Under the pieces are notes generated by a model, which was not told where the DNA came from, ran no database searches, and was given only the letters and a program-made list of their open reading frames with translations. Both the position numbers and the translations under genes were made by a program. From a virus, in IMG/VR virus record IMGVR_UViG_3300025411_000008, positions 67,917-131,916 of that record: a DNA stretch of 64,000 nucleotides; one strand, 5' to 3'. Positions within the stretch are counted from its first letter, which is position 1. Each line of letters begins with the position of its first letter. Of this stretch, positions 39,222-48,184 are shown piece by piece.

Positions 39222-39613
39222 TAGTCTTTTTCCCTTCTATCTTGCTGAAGGTAGTCAATAACTTCGTCTAAACTGCCAAAAACGCGTATATCATCTTCAT
39301 ATTCGTCGTTATCTAGGTCAAAATCGTCTTCATCTGACGAAAAAAGCTCTTCCATGATCATCTGGAAAGCAGAAAAGGTGATTTCTCTTGAATATTCTAC
39401 AAAAACACCGTCATGCTGACAGTATTCACTTACGTTAATACGATAAGTGTGGTCTTCATCGTCATCTTTTGGCTTATCGATGGAGAAATCATCTGAAAGA
39501 GAGGAAATCTGGGCAATACTCTCCTTAAACCGGGAGACATATGCACTTTTCTCTGTAGTATCACTGTACTTTGCTATGTTCTTGCAAGTTTCACAGTCAC
39601 AGTTGTTTGACAT
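39221..39613 (-). CDS. acidic hypothetical protein
   Basis: 130 aa, AAGGA RBS. Confidence 0.6.
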   Translation of the reverse strand: MSNNCDCETCKNIAKYSDTTEKSAYVSRFKESIAQISSLSDDFSIDKPKDDDEDHTYRINVSEYCQHDGVFVEYSREITFSAFQMIMEELFSSDEDDFDLDNDEYEDDIRVFGSLDEVIDYLQQDRREKD

Positions 39614-39624
39614 GTTTTCCTTAG

Positions 39625-39659
39625 TTATATATATAAGAGGATTTTTTAAATTTTGTCAA
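39625..39659 (-). promoter_or_regulatory. sigma70/SigA-like promoter
   Basis: Perfect TTGACA (39659-39654), followed after 17-18 nt by TTATATATAAC in an AT-rich gap; the -10 is not an exact TANNNT at canonical spacing. Confidence 0.5.
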
Positions 39660-39685
39660 TAGATTTTAAGATAAAACTTTAAAAT

Positions 39686-40801
39686 TTATTCGCCAGAGTA
39701 GCTATCATCAGCGTGAACAGCTCTATTTATAGCTGTTGAAGGACTGTAAAGGTGAGAAACACCCTCTCCACCTCTCGCACGATGACGTACTCTTGGTGCA
39801 ACTACAGCTGCATGGTTGTCTTCGTCCTGTCTAAAGTTGACATGGTGGTTGATAATGGTCTGTTCAGCCTTCGTACCATACAAAACACGGTGGTGTGAAC
39901 GTCTTCCGACCTTACCAAACTCTCCAGCTTCCTTAGAAACGGGGAAACCAGCGAAATAAGCGGCTCTAATCTTGGGATCTTGAGTTCTTTTGGCTGCTTC
40001 TTCGTGGTGTTGCATGTCCCAAAGCTGGTTTGTGGGGTGAGTACTGTCATTTACAACGCAGTATGGGCAGAAACACTTAACAAAACGGGCAGTTTTACCC
40101 TGATCGATGACATTTTGCTCAACAGGATCGATAGCATCGTGCGTATTGCACATGTTATTGATGGTGTGGTTGAATGCGTGGTGCACTGCAAGGTCACCAT
40201 GGGTGTGATCACTGACAGTTTTCATGGCATCTCGGTAGAACTTAGGGTCCTTGATGCCATTACGCTTACCCTCGTTGAATGCCATGATCGTTTCAATGTG
40301 CGATTGGCCCAAAGCTGAGAGTGGGTGGACCATCAAACGCTCACCAGTCTTTGCATTCACGTGTTCACCGGCACGGAAAGCACGATCATCCAGGTGGCCC
40401 TCTTCGCTGGGAGCAATCATCATAGTAGGTTGATGGATACCCTGCTCGAGCTTGTAAGGCTTACCAGTGGTCTTGTTGCGAACAGCAACGGTCATGTAGT
40501 CACTTGCGGTTTTAACGTTGGCAAGCTGCGAGTGAGCGCGACTGTGATACCAGTCGCCCTTTTTGCTTTGCTTCAAGCCAAACAAACGCACTGCGTCAGG
40601 ATTGGGCTCTTCGCCCTCACCAAGGCTACCTATGTAGTGATTAGCGGCTTTCTCAGCAGCATGAGGCACATGATAGTACTCAGGGTCTTCCTTGTGGGTG
40701 GCGTAGCCAGTACCCTCTTGGAAGATAAGCGTCATAGCGTTGGCAGGTCCGCCAGTCTTGAATTGCTTATCGTGTTTTGCAGCTTCTCTGCTGTTGAACA
40801 T
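39686..40801 (-). CDS. hypothetical protein
   Basis: 371 aa, AGGAG RBS, MFNSREAA N-terminus. Confidence 0.7.
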   Translation of the reverse strand: MFNSREAAKHDKQFKTGGPANAMTLIFQEGTGYATHKEDPEYYHVPHAAEKAANHYIGSLGEGEEPNPDAVRLFGLKQSKKGDWYHSRAHSQLANVKTASDYMTVAVRNKTTGKPYKLEQGIHQPTMMIAPSEEGHLDDRAFRAGEHVNAKTGERLMVHPLSALGQSHIETIMAFNEGKRNGIKDPKFYRDAMKTVSDHTHGDLAVHHAFNHTINNMCNTHDAIDPVEQNVIDQGKTARFVKCFCPYCVVNDSTHPTNQLWDMQHHEEAAKRTQDPKIRAAYFAGFPVSKEAGEFGKVGRRSHHRVLYGTKAEQTIINHHVNFRQDEDNHAAVVAPRVRHRARGGEGVSHLYSPSTAINRAVHADDSYSGE

Positions 40802-40907
40802 AAGTTGTACTCCTAGTTAAGTTAAAACAGGCACCGCGCGTCACCGGCCCTAGACCCGATTCCGAATTTTCTTTTACCCTTATGTTATAAGGGGTTTAGA
40901 CTCTTAG

Positions 40908-41573
40908 TTAGCAACCACCACGGCAAATCCATCCAGTACCGTATTCTTGACTTGGGTCCCAAACAATGTCTTGGGTGTTTCCACAGTTGTAGCAGTAGCG
41001 AGAATTGCCTGGGATGTGCCCATCCATAGGCTTATTTTCCCCCATTGAGTTATCGTTGGCGTAACGCTCAGCGAAAGAAGCACTCTTAGGCTTAAGTGGT
41101 GGCACATCGCGAACGTGCTTGTAGACTTGTGGGTCGTACTTAGTGTCTGGGTCTTGCATCATTTTCACTCTTGAATTAAGAGGAACGTTAGGATTTGTTA
41201 CTTCTTTGCTAATGTTTGTCTGAGGAGCCTTGCTCTTTGTGCTTGTCTGCTCTGTGGGGAAATGCTTTTCCATAAGATCACTATAGTGTTCCACAAGGCT
41301 CTTTTGGTTAACGCCTGGTTGTGTGCGCTTCAGTACTTCTTGGTGCATCTCATTAATTTTGCCAACGCCTTGCTGGAACTTCCCAATGCTGTCCATAACG
41401 TCATTGTGGTTATTACGGACTTCATCAACCATTCTTGCATTAGGGACGTTAGGCTTGTTCTTTTCGTATTCATCACGCGTTTGGTATCTATTCTCAGCGA
41501 TTCTAATCGCCGCCATTTTTGCATTGCCAAGTGAGTTCTGGTAGCTCTTTGACCAGTCGTTGAATTGTGCCAT
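40908..41573 (-). CDS. hypothetical protein with C-terminal Zn ribbon
   Basis: 221 aa, CYNC...CRGGC. Confidence 0.65.
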   Translation of the reverse strand: MAQFNDWSKSYQNSLGNAKMAAIRIAENRYQTRDEYEKNKPNVPNARMVDEVRNNHNDVMDSIGKFQQGVGKINEMHQEVLKRTQPGVNQKSLVEHYSDLMEKHFPTEQTSTKSKAPQTNISKEVTNPNVPLNSRVKMMQDPDTKYDPQVYKHVRDVPPLKPKSASFAERYANDNSMGENKPMDGHIPGNSRYCYNCGNTQDIVWDPSQEYGTGWICRGGC

Positions 41574-42126
41574 GGTGTAGCCCTTTGTAGATAGTAGAAC
41601 GATTGCTATCCCCTATACCAAGAACTATATGTATTTACATTATTCTCTCTTTTTTTCTATCTACTTTAGTGCACCTAGTATTTCATACGTGGCCAAGGCC
41701 TCCGGCATTTTTAATTCTTACCAGTACGATCTCAACGCCTGCTCTATCGAATACCCCATAGGGCTGCCCGCCATTTTTTAAAGGCGTTTCTATACGCTCC
41801 CATTGGGACCCCTATTGGCGAGCCTTACAGAGCCTTTTAGGCCCCTCTCAAGGCACTCCTCTAAAACCCTTTAGTTCTGGAAATGGCAAAACCTACCATC
41901 CTATTTCACGCCTTGGATTGCGTGTTAGTTACACGCTAGCAAAAGATTATGAACTTCTTTGCGTCCTTGGGCACAATGTCCAAGTGAGGCTGAGAACTCA
42001 TGGTCCTAGCAATCACCTGTATGTTGCTGAACTACAGCACCGTACAGCTGTGTGCGCAAACGTACTACTCAGTAGTGCGCGAACGTACGCAGCAACCCAA
42101 CACCTATGCATTAGAAAGAGATTAAA

Positions 42127-42312
42127 ATGAAGCGTTTTCAGCTGATTTCCCTGCTCCTTGGTAGCTTTGCGTTCACGTTCGCAGTATCGTTCGTGAACAC
42201 AATGATCTCGTGGTACACACCCATGGGGCAGGCACAGACCGTACTCACGGTCTCGTTGTCGTTCACCTTCGTGGTGTTCGTGGCTGCAGTCCTGTACACA
42301 GCCAAGAAGTAG
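42127..42312 (+). CDS. small membrane protein (first gene of the plus-strand region)
   Basis: 61 aa, two TM segments. Confidence 0.65.
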   Translation: MKRFQLISLLLGSFAFTFAVSFVNTMISWYTPMGQAQTVLTVSLSFTFVVFVAAVLYTAKK

Positions 42313-42319
42313 TACGCAA

Positions 42320-42392
42320 TGCCGAAATCATCACGTCGGGAGATGTTGTGGTCGTCGTAGGGTGATGCCTACGGCCTGATGATGGCAGTCAG
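42320..42392 (+). ncRNA. type II hammerhead ribozyme HH1
   Basis: TGCC-GAAA-[stem III]-GTC|-[stem I GTCGTAGG/CCTACGGC, loop GTGATG]-CTGATGA-T-GGCA; predicted cut after 42353. Confidence 0.88.
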
Positions 42393-42394
42393 CT

Positions 42395-42442
42395 AACTAA
42401 ACCAGTCCTGAGGAGGACACTATGAAGGAAGTAACAACGATC
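42395..42442 (+). repeat. 48-bp direct repeat, copy 1 (RBS + first 7 codons)
   Basis: Identical to 42843-42890. Confidence 0.95.
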
Positions 42443-42790
42443 GACGCTGCTAAGGCTTTGGTTGAGCACTACGCTGCTGCGGCTGAGCTCATGACTGCTG
42501 AGGCTAAGGCTGAGTACGAGGCTGCTTTGGCTGCGTACGAGGCTGTTGAGGCTAAGTACGAGGCTAAGCAGGACGCTGCTTGGGCTAAGCGTGACGCTGC
42601 TAAGGCTGAGTACTACGCTGCTCAGGCTGAGTTCAAGGCTGCCGAGGCTGAGTTCGACGATGCTTGGGCTGAGTACCACGCTGCTTTGGCTAAGTACGAC
42701 GCTGCTTTGTCTAAGCCTGAGGTCAAGGCTGCTTGGGCTAAGTTCTACGCTGCTATGGCTGAGCTCAACGCTGCTCAGGCTGAGCAGTAA
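42422..42790 (+). CDS. Ala-rich helical repeat protein
   Basis: 122 aa, 7-residue repeats A-A-(W/L)-A-(E/K)-(Y/F)-x, strong RBS. Confidence 0.75.
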   Translation: MKEVTTIDAAKALVEHYAAAAELMTAEAKAEYEAALAAYEAVEAKYEAKQDAAWAKRDAAKAEYYAAQAEFKAAEAEFDDAWAEYHAALAKYDAALSKPEVKAAWAKFYAAMAELNAAQAEQ

Positions 42791-42842
42791 CAGCTCGGTT
42801 CACAAGGGGTATGAGCTCCACCCCACCCAACGGGCTCAACCC

Positions 42843-42890
42843 AACTAAACCAGTCCTGAGGAGGACACTATGAAGGAAGTAACAACGATC
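42843..42890 (+). repeat. 48-bp direct repeat, copy 2
   Basis: Identical to 42395-42442. Confidence 0.95.
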
Positions 42891-43130
42891 AGCGGTTCCG
42901 TCTACCTCATCAATGAAGATGAGCAGATGTGGTGCCGGAAGTCAACTGCCCCTGTGCGCAAGTACGATAACGGGGAGTACGTCGACACCGCTCTGGCACC
43001 AGAGAACGAGGACTGGCAGTCGTACATCGATGTTGTGTTCGGTCTCGGTCTCCACATCGAGTACATCACGGACAACAACCGCTTCGGCACGATCAACTCG
43101 ACTCCAATCGACAAGATTGTGCAGTTGTAA
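42870..43130 (+). CDS. hypothetical protein
   Basis: 86 aa; T.SGSVY.I and STPI..I motifs; strong RBS. Confidence 0.7.
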   Translation: MKEVTTISGSVYLINEDEQMWCRKSTAPVRKYDNGEYVDTALAPENEDWQSYIDVVFGLGLHIEYITDNNRFGTINSTPIDKIVQL

Positions 43131-43135
43131 CAAAC

Positions 43136-43196
43136 GCCGAATCCCCGAAAGGGGAAGTGCTGGGGTGATGCCCAGTGCCTGATGATGGCAGTCACC
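43136..43196 (+). ncRNA. type II hammerhead ribozyme HH2 (U15.1-A16.1 variant)
   Basis: GCC-GAA-T-CCCC-GAAA-GGGG-A-A|-GTGCTGGG-GTGATG-CCCAGTGC-CTGATGA-T-GGC-AGTCACC; predicted cut after 43156. Confidence 0.8.
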
Positions 43197-43224
43197 ACCA
43201 CAACTAGTAAGGAAAAAGATAACA

Positions 43225-43521
43225 ATGAAGTATGTCTACATGGCTACTTGGCGCTATGAGTCGATCATCGGTGACATTACCGACGAGAACTGGTACAACG
43301 TTGAGGACCGTCCGGATTACGACGGTGACTTCGTAGAGCCACGGGTTCGTGTCTTCGAGTACCTCGAGGATGCAATCAAGCTCTACTCGGTCTTCGGGTT
43401 CGAGTTCACATCTGAGCGCTTTGGTTCCGTCAACGGATGGCGTCACCGGAAGTTGGCACCAAACTCTGGCGTGACGATTTCAACTCAGATCGTCATCGAG
43501 CGTATCAGCATCACCAAGTAG
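43225..43521 (+). CDS. hypothetical protein
   Basis: 98 aa with RBS. Confidence 0.65.
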   Translation: MKYVYMATWRYESIIGDITDENWYNVEDRPDYDGDFVEPRVRVFEYLEDAIKLYSVFGFEFTSERFGSVNGWRHRKLAPNSGVTISTQIVIERISITK

Positions 43522-43535
43522 TAAGCAGTTCAATC

Positions 43536-43605
43536 TCTGCTGTAGCTCAGTGGTAGAGCAGCGAACGTATGTTCGTAGTCGTGGGTTCGATTCCCACCAG
43601 CAGTA
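43536..43605 (+). ncRNA. tRNA-like element with non-canonical anticodon loop
   Basis: Canonical D and T arms, 6-bp acceptor stem plus a U1/U72 mismatch; anticodon arm GCGAAC-GTAT-GTTCGT has no 7-nt loop. Confidence 0.75.
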
Positions 43606-43779
43606 CGATGGTGTTTTACACACACCAGGCAACAAGAGGACGCGCTCGGTCCGTCCGGCACCTCGGTCATAGCGACCCAAAGGACTTCGGTCCCTCTGCA
43701 CAGGGGTTCTGCTCCTGTGCAATAACACGGCCACCGACCGTGTCAGCGGTACTGACACACAACTAGATGGAGAACCATC

Positions 43780-44676
43780 ATGGCAAAAAATGCCAACTCG
43801 GTGCCTAGCACCAACACCGTCCCATCCACCCTCGGCATGGACAAGGAGGTCGTGCAGCAGCACAAGCGCGACTTCAAGTCCAAGTCGACCGGACAGGACG
43901 GACACGACGACTTCATGTCGGCGGACGTCACGCAGTTCCTCGCACTCGGTCTCATCGCTTTCGATGAGGTCCAGGCTGCGGCGAACCTGCTGATGAAGCA
44001 GACGTTGGACTTCGCCATCGGCAAGTCCTTCGACATCTTCACCGCTGCACGTGAGGGTCACCTGGACTACGTCGAGCACGTCATCGCCGTGGCTGAGCAG
44101 CTTCAGCCTGACGACAACGTGACGCAGGACGACATCTTCTTCGGCTCGTACTACAAGGTACGCCAGCAGGTGAAGATCGTCTCAGGTCTCAAGAAGGAAG
44201 TGGAAGAGGACGGTTCTGTCTTCGGCTACTACTTCGAGATCGAGCGTCGCAACGTGCTCTCGTCCGGCAAGGCATTCCCTTGGAAGGGTGCCAAGCTGCT
44301 GGGTGCAGGCATTCACGAAGACTTCAAGCTCTACGCTAAGGTCGACGCGAACGAGCAGCCCACGGGTGAGTTCTACATGCTGGACCGCTCTGACGACGAA
44401 GTCTACGTCGAGCTCGGTGACACCAGCGTGTGGACCTCGTGCATCGACGACATCACGGACCGCAACATCGTGAAGCGTTACAACGCGCTTCTCGCATCTG
44501 TGGACCGTGACGTCAAGGTGCGCTGGTACAAGAAGGGCTTCGCCATGGGAGACGCGAACACTGCACAGCAGTTCGTCTTCTGGAACGTCTTCAAGATGTT
44601 CAAGGCGGAGTCCGACTACCAGCTGGTGGACGACACCACGGTTGAGGTCGCATCAACCGAGCCTGCTAACGCTTAG
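43780..44676 (+). CDS. hypothetical protein (probably highly expressed)
   Basis: 298 aa, strong C/G third-position bias, GGAG RBS. Confidence 0.75.
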   Translation: MAKNANSVPSTNTVPSTLGMDKEVVQQHKRDFKSKSTGQDGHDDFMSADVTQFLALGLIAFDEVQAAANLLMKQTLDFAIGKSFDIFTAAREGHLDYVEHVIAVAEQLQPDDNVTQDDIFFGSYYKVRQQVKIVSGLKKEVEEDGSVFGYYFEIERRNVLSSGKAFPWKGAKLLGAGIHEDFKLYAKVDANEQPTGEFYMLDRSDDEVYVELGDTSVWTSCIDDITDRNIVKRYNALLASVDRDVKVRWYKKGFAMGDANTAQQFVFWNVFKMFKAESDYQLVDDTTVEVASTEPANA

Positions 44677-44832
44677 TTAGCTCCAGTCTTGAGTCAGGAC
44701 TGGGTTACCTTAAACTGACTCACCCCCAGACATATGTCGATGTTCTTAGGCTTATAACCTAAGTGGGGGGCCCTGTAGTACAGGCTGTATGCAAACTATG
44801 TATACAGAACAATCCCTGAGGAGGGAAACACT

Positions 44833-44997
44833 ATGGCAAAGGCAAACTTTGTCCCCGCTGGCTTCACCATTGGTGAGAAGGCACCCAAGGAATCCGCAAG
44901 GGTTCACTTCACTGTCATCCGCAACGAGGCGGAGCAGAGGAAGGTCACGCGGGACTTGGGACTCTTCATTGAGTTCAAGACACGCAAGAATCGGTAA
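44833..44997 (+). CDS. small hypothetical protein (54 aa)
   Basis: Hand-translated MAKANFVPAG...RKNR* after a GAGGAGG RBS. Confidence 0.65.
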   Translation: MAKANFVPAGFTIGEKAPKESARVHFTVIRNEAEQRKVTRDLGLFIEFKTRKNR

Positions 44998-45002
44998 ACA
45001 AC

Positions 45003-45062
45003 GCCGAATCGCCGGGAGGCGACGTCCTAGAGTGATGTCTAGGGCCTGACGATGGCAGTCAG
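45003..45062 (+). ncRNA. type II hammerhead ribozyme HH3 (U15.1-A16.1 variant)
   Basis: GCC-GAA-T-CGCC-GGGA-GGCG-A-C|-GTCCTAGA-GTGATG-TCTAGGGC-CTGACGA-T-GGC; predicted cut after 45023. Confidence 0.8.
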
Positions 45063-45088
45063 TTTACAACCTAACTAGGAGAATCACT

Positions 45089-45232
45089 ATGTCAGTATTA
45101 GAATCAGGTCAAAAGATCTGTGTGGCCCCCGATTGTGATAAAGACCACGGCCCCGAGGTTGTGTCCTGTAAATCACAAATTGTTTCACGTGAGCTTTTGT
45201 GTCACGTGAAACAACTTCCCACGACGATGTAA
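45089..45232 (+). CDS. small hypothetical protein (47 aa)
   Basis: Hand-translated MSVLESGQKIC...TTM* after an AGGAG RBS. Confidence 0.45.
   Translation: MSVLESGQKICVAPDCDKDHGPEVVSCKSQIVSRELLCHVKQLPTTM
45181..45213. promoter_or_regulatory. tandem parS-like sites
   Basis: TGTTTCACGTGAGCTT (12/16) and TGTGTCACGTGAAACA (15/16) versus consensus TGTTTCACGTGAAACA. Confidence 0.6.
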
Positions 45233-45259
45233 TGTTTCGCGTCAGTTGTTATAGAGTGC

Positions 45260-45679
45260 ATGAAGAAAACATTCTATGACTATGTTGAGAAGACTGACAG
45301 CTGTTGGCTGTGGGTAGGCCCTTTGAATAAGGATGGGTATGGTTACTGGCGGGATAAGCTAGTCCACCGTATAACTTATCTAGAATATCATGGGGCTTAC
45401 CCACCCAACACAGTAACAGATCATCTGTGCAGAGTAAGACACTGTGTTAACCCCGAACACCTCGAGGCTGTATCTATTGCTGAGAATGTTCGTAGGGGGC
45501 GGGCAAGCGAAGCTACTAAGCTACGCCACGCTTCAGTTACTCATTGTCCAAATGGGCATGAATACACTGAGGATAATACGTATCGTTCAGTGGGGAAAGA
45601 TGGCGCCCCTCGACGTCACTGTAAGGCTTGTGTCAAGACACGTCGTAAAGCCAGTTACTATTCTAATAGAGCGTTGTAA
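45260..45679 (+). CDS. HNH endonuclease
   Basis: CWLW.G....GYG, HR..Y, DHLCRVRHCVNPEHLE, plus a C-terminal HCPNGH..CKAC. Confidence 0.9.
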   Translation: MKKTFYDYVEKTDSCWLWVGPLNKDGYGYWRDKLVHRITYLEYHGAYPPNTVTDHLCRVRHCVNPEHLEAVSIAENVRRGRASEATKLRHASVTHCPNGHEYTEDNTYRSVGKDGAPRRHCKACVKTRRKASYYSNRAL

Positions 45680-46214
45680 TGGCGTATCGAGTACGTTAAG
45701 TGTAGGCTGTTAACCTAATAAGTTAATAAGTTATTACGTCAAAGCCGTGTTGTTCATTACATTCAAAACACAAACGTGCCCCGCTTATACTAATAAGCTA
45801 AGCTGCCCTGTGTGGGAACCCTTTCACAGTTAAGGGGCATGTGCGTATTCGATGCGTCATTAGGATGCTCTATTAGAACATTGTACCTAGTACCCTATGT
45901 TCTATGGGGGGCTGATAAAAAATTGTCTTGTGTTTAGACACAAGCTACTTCCCCACAGTACAAATATACTTGTACTTGTATAGTAGGTTGCAATAGCATC
46001 ATCATCTAGTGAGTGGATGGTGGTGCTATTGGGACAAACTATAAGGGGCAAGTCCTACCCTAAGTAAGGAGTTACTAGTGAATACATTCGCTGTGTGGGC
46101 TTGAGTACCACCTTTGATGGATGCATAGGTAGTTCGGGATTTTTTTCCTCCTACCCGGACTACCTATGGGTCAATCAAGGGACTTACCCACCCACAACTA
46201 GTAAGGGAATTAAT

Positions 46215-46664
46215 ATGAGTGCATTAATCAGTTTCCAGCACGTGATTCATAGCTTGGAAGGCGGTGTTGTAGACCTCGCCTGCTTCAAGTACGAGTTCAT
46301 GGAGCTCAACCACATCCACCTCGCCGTTGTAGACTCTTCGGACTACTACGACGTGATACAGATGTCCGCTGCCCAGACTGGTGGCACGTGGAAGGTTGAC
46401 TACTCCATTCCTGTCTGGTACATTGACTGGCCCTTGTACAACATCAAGCCCGTGCAGAATGCCAAGGACGTTGCTATCGCAGAGTTCAAGGCGTTGAAGC
46501 GTGTCATTCGTGACCAGCAAACCCACCTGGACATTGTTCAGCGTGACGCATGTGGCACAGAGAGTGGTAAGATTGAGAAGTCTTTAGCTCACTTGATGTA
46601 CAATCAGGGCGAGTCACTCTGGTCGCCCGAGCGCGGTGACGGCTGGGGTATCGTAGGTCAGTGA
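46215..46664 (+). CDS. hypothetical protein
   Basis: Start placed at MSALIS after AACTAGTAAGGG. Confidence 0.65.
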   Translation: MSALISFQHVIHSLEGGVVDLACFKYEFMELNHIHLAVVDSSDYYDVIQMSAAQTGGTWKVDYSIPVWYIDWPLYNIKPVQNAKDVAIAEFKALKRVIRDQQTHLDIVQRDACGTESGKIEKSLAHLMYNQGESLWSPERGDGWGIVGQ

Positions 46665-46776
46665 CCGGGGGTTGTACGTATTCTACCGAGCAGCAGTTTG
46701 GTTCGGTAGTTTACTAGGACATCCGGTCCTCCACTAGAGATGGTGGCTAAACTATCCTAACTAGTAAGGAGAACGC

Positions 46777-47220
46777 ATGAGTAAATTCATGGTACTTGGT
46801 AATCACAGAGGGACAACGTTTGACTTTGGTGTCTTCGACTCTCAGTCTGATGCTATCCTAGCAGTTGAGATAGCACGGTCTGGAGATCGAAGCCCTGAGT
46901 CCCCGCTCGAGTGGAGTCTTGTTTCAGACAGCAAAAACCGATTCGGGTTCTACCACTACGCTAGCGCGTACGATGGTACGTGCACGACCGAGTTTAACAT
47001 TGTTGAGTTGAACGAGCCACGAACCACTCTCGAAGAGATGATCGAACACTCGTTCGGTTTCACTCCCGGTGAAGAGGAAGCTGACCCAGTTGATCCAGAG
47101 CCAGTCGACATCTCTTCTGCAAAGAAGAAGAAGCCACTCACGGTCCTGGACCCATACGTTGACCCCCTCAAGGTTGAAGCTCGTGAAGCTTGGGCTAAGA
47201 TGGAGAGGGAGGAAGACTAA
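46777..47220 (+). CDS. hypothetical protein
   Basis: 147 aa, AAGGAG RBS. Confidence 0.7.
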   Translation: MSKFMVLGNHRGTTFDFGVFDSQSDAILAVEIARSGDRSPESPLEWSLVSDSKNRFGFYHYASAYDGTCTTEFNIVELNEPRTTLEEMIEHSFGFTPGEEEADPVDPEPVDISSAKKKKPLTVLDPYVDPLKVEAREAWAKMEREED

Positions 47221-47489
47221 TGCAGCTGGACACGAAGCGCCTTATCGATGCTGGGATCACCGATGCTGACATGGTAGTCATCTTCGGTGCATTCGACATG
47301 ATGATGAGTGGTCTTGAAGACACCATCGAAGGCTCGAGAGAAGACCTCCCCTTTACTGACAACGACCTCGACCGTGTGAAGCAGCGCACTCAAGAGGTTG
47401 CTGCCAAGATCAAGGCTTGGGAAGATGCCAAGGTTGAACTACGTGGTGAGCAATTCATGACGTGGTTTCAATCAGGTAACCAAGACTGA
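47220..47489 (+). CDS. hypothetical protein
   Basis: 89 aa, TAATG coupling. Confidence 0.65.
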   Translation: MQLDTKRLIDAGITDADMVVIFGAFDMMMSGLEDTIEGSREDLPFTDNDLDRVKQRTQEVAAKIKAWEDAKVELRGEQFMTWFQSGNQD

Positions 47490-47623
47490 TTGGCGATTGC
47501 AGCCCACTCACGAGCCGGAACATTGGTTCGTGAGTGGTATGGGATAACCAATCCCCCACTACGGATGGTGGTTAAACTATCCAAGTGCAGTACAATGCAG
47601 TAACTAGTAGGAAGGCAAGGTAC

Positions 47624-48184
47624 ATGAGTACACTGCGTAAGTTGTGTATCTGTGGTGCCTTCGTTGCGACAGCATTTGTTGTCACGCAACCAGGTGAGTT
47701 CACCTACGTGTCTGGGCAGCCCCAGTCATTAAGGGTGGCTCATGCTGCTGTCACTACGACGACGTATCCTGTTGAGGTTATCCCTCGCACGGTACTGACA
47801 TCGTATGCTGACAGTCAGCCCCTGGTTCTGATAGCTCCGTTGCAGCGATGGAACACAGAGTCATACGACCCAACAGCCACATGGCCCGATGCTACTGACC
47901 CAATCAGTACTCTTACGATGGCAGCGCAAGTAAAGTTTGCTTGCATACGCTATCGCGAGAGCAGGAATCACGTGCGCTCTGTGGAAATTCACAGTGGTGC
48001 TGCTGGTTGGTATCAGTTCACCCCATACATCTGGGGTTATGCACGGGAGTATATACCTGGGCTACCAGCTACAGCTGCAACAGCATCTGGAGACGAACAG
48101 TCGAAGGTTGCTGTGTGGTATTACAAGCGCAACAATGGTTTCTTCCCTGAATGGGAAGCTGACCAGGGCTTTTGTAATTTGTAG
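47624..48184 (+). CDS. secreted Rpf-like/lytic transglycosylase
   Basis: Signal-like N-terminus; CIRYRES, GAAGWYQF..IW and A..A..DEQ..VA...W lysozyme-like Rpf motifs. Confidence 0.72.
   Translation: MSTLRKLCICGAFVATAFVVTQPGEFTYVSGQPQSLRVAHAAVTTTTYPVEVIPRTVLTSYADSQPLVLIAPLQRWNTESYDPTATWPDATDPISTLTMAAQVKFACIRYRESRNHVRSVEIHSGAAGWYQFTPYIWGYAREYIPGLPATAATASGDEQSKVAVWYYKRNNGFFPEWEADQGFCNL

Noticed and set aside
5504-41639. RTGTAAW as a late promoter motif upstream of minus-strand genes (near 5504, 6516, 14374, 41635)
   Set aside because: A short AT-rich motif at variable distance from starts; it cannot be distinguished from chance without statistics.
45233-46200. Group I intron carrying the HNH gene
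   Set aside because: No recognisable P7/R-S core sequences and no interrupted gene evident by eye; treated as a free-standing HNH.
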